Shown here piece after piece: positions 63,301 to 64,000 of a DNA stretch of 64,000 bases. The notes beneath the pieces were generated by a model that did not search any database, had not been told where the DNA came from, and was given only the letters and a program-made list of their open reading frames with translations. Numbering within the stretch: position 1 is the stretch's first letter; every line of letters begins with the position of its first letter. The DNA is taken from contig JBHGNT010000011.1 in assembly GCA_043228905.1 (NCBI GenBank), positions 1,922,001 through 1,986,000 on the forward strand. The letters are read 5' to 3'. The stretch is from Azolla caroliniana. Its lineage: Eukaryota; Plantae; Polypodiophyta. A program made the translations under genes and the position numbers.

Positions 63301-64000
63301 AGCCCACACCTTTCGAGTCGAATCGTCAATAAAACTGACGAAGTAAGAGGCACCACCGAGAGACTGATGCGGCATTGGGCCACAGACGTCCGAGAAGACT
63401 AAATCGAGAGGTCTCGTTTCTCTTGGTGCTGATGTCGGGTGTGATGCGGCTGCTTGTTTGCCATACTGGCAATGTTCGCAGAATTGATGGTCCGAGAAGG
63501 AGAGTTTAGGGATGTATCCGGCTCTAGATAGGTGCGTAATGCCGGCCTTGCTGAGGTGTCCTAATCTTCTGTGCCATAGTGATGACACAGGAATGTCCAC
63601 CAAAAACAGGTTACCCTCTCTGAGCGTAACATGTAACGGATACATTGAGTGTATCTTTGGTCCTCTAGCAAGCAGGAGGTTCCCCCTGTGGAGTGTCCAC
63701 CCTCCCGAAGAGAAACCGGCACGAATGCCGTCTTCATCTAGTTGTCCGACTGAGATCAATGGCCTTGAGAGCTCGGGTACATGTCGGACATTGTGAAGTA
63801 CAAGTGTAGAGCCACCTGCAAGGTTGAGCTCTACTGTGCCGATTCCAATGATGTCACAGTGTTGCGAGTTGCCAACTCGAACTGAGTCGGAGTGACGGAT
63901 CGTATATTGCCGAAATTGGGATCGATGAGGAGTCACGTGAAATGACGCGCCCGAATCTAAGAGCCATGTGCTCGATTCTTCAGTCGTGAGCAGAACTTCT
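60357..64000 (-). mobile_element. Element L: Ty1/Copia, 3' part; 3' LTR 60357-60664
   Basis: TGTTGG...TCGACA 308-bp LTR; PPT (plus strand CTCCCCCG, 60665-60672); interrupts J gag. Confidence 0.9.
60859..64000 (-). CDS. pol: Copia polyprotein PR-INT-RT-RH, open to the window edge
   Basis: WLLDSGAS, WHRRLGH..CEHC, SDVCGP, TDNGGEF, IYVDDML, YTDSD, KHIDVRYH; more than 1025 aa without a stop. Confidence 0.95.
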   Translation of the reverse strand, partial: EVLLTTEESSTWLLDSGASFHVTPHRSQFRQYTIRHSDSVRVGNSQHCDIIGIGTVELNLAGGSTLVLHNVRHVPELSRPLISVGQLDEDGIRAGFSSGGWTLHRGNLLLARGPKIHSMYPLHVTLREGNLFLVDIPVSSLWHRRLGHLSKAGITHLSRAGYIPKLSFSDHQFCEHCQYGKQAAASHPTSAPRETRPLDLVFSDVCGPMPHQSLGGASYFVSFIDDSTRKVWAYPIRTKDRVFSIFSDWLAMVENQTDRKLKCFRTDNGGEFKSEEFVKFCRQRGIRREFTAPHSPEQNGIAERMNWTIQERIVSMLQHSGLSDGFWAEALLTAVHIINMSPSRPLGLQIPQELWIGSKPNYDKLRIFGCEAYALIPKDDRRKLAPRSRKCIFLGYGSDDEMGYRLWDPERRQIVRSSDVVFNESAMNPSVEKPIEVRRVTFSDVPTLQEGPALNTRSASRVVEPYTTDSDNSDSAQQNNSLSDHPTSIPDTTSPIIPRRSERLSQPPERYSPGIFFTDAGEPTSYEEASTSVDSATWHLAMESEMHSIRANKTWDLVELPKNRRALPCKWVYRLKETSDSTTPKYKARLFAKGFRQEYGVDFDEIFSPVVKMTTLRFLLGVVAADNLELIQLDVKTAFLHGDLEEEIYMEQPKGFVATGQEHLVCRLRKSLYGLKQAPRQWYKKFDDFIQSIGFSKSDEDHCLFTNTAQDGSPIFLIIYVDDMLISGRHAGELADLIRQLRLKFAMKDLGPARHILGMKISRRRDKRHLFLSQTDYIGRVLERFNMQSAKSASTPLPMNLRLSQRDCPTSGPEGEDMKSVPYAPVVGSLMYLMVATRPDISHAVGVVSRFMHNLGRSHWNAVKHVFKYLAGTKDHGILFGPNSTSGVVGYTDSDFAGCIDSRKSTTGYCFKFGNGAISWKSKLQECTATSMTEAEYVAASDAAKEALWLGRLAHTFRQVDHDSAPVVYSDSQGAVALSKNPVHHNASKHIDVRYHFVRDCVISGEIGLEKISTTDNVADGMTKCLSADRFRSLRHQMGVTTNQSG

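Overview
Gene-free, heterochromatin-like plant DNA made almost entirely of nested transposable elements. The mix of Tcn1-like chromoviruses and tRNA-Trp-primed Phygy-like Gypsy elements suggests a non-seed plant such as a moss (inference). LTR termini, PBS, PPT and target-site duplications (TSDs) resolve a five-deep nest: a Phygy-like host (resumes at 37770) contains Copia F (LTR split 5280-5536 / 37601-37769). F contains Athila-like Gypsy A (5537-37600, TSD TTGTA). A contains chromovirus B (8812-14448), Copia C (14709-27521, which itself contains Phygy-like D 19131-26322) and solo LTR E (29378-34255, which contains an apparently intact three-exon hAT transposon 30129-33647). Further right lie solo LTRs G, K and N, a decayed chromovirus H, Phygy-like elements I and J, and an open-frame Copia L. 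Three observations stand out. (1) Element A has no polypurine tract; a tRNA-3'-end-like inverted copy of its PBS (..GGGCGTGCCA) sits 2 nt before the 3' LTR. (2) A GGAUUUY slippery site plus pseudoknot with compensatory changes lies AFTER the protease in four Phygy-like copies. (3) Insertions of the TGTCG/CGACA-ended family have 4-bp CpG-centred TSDs fitting a TACG(C/G) target. Family names come from motif recognition, not database searches.
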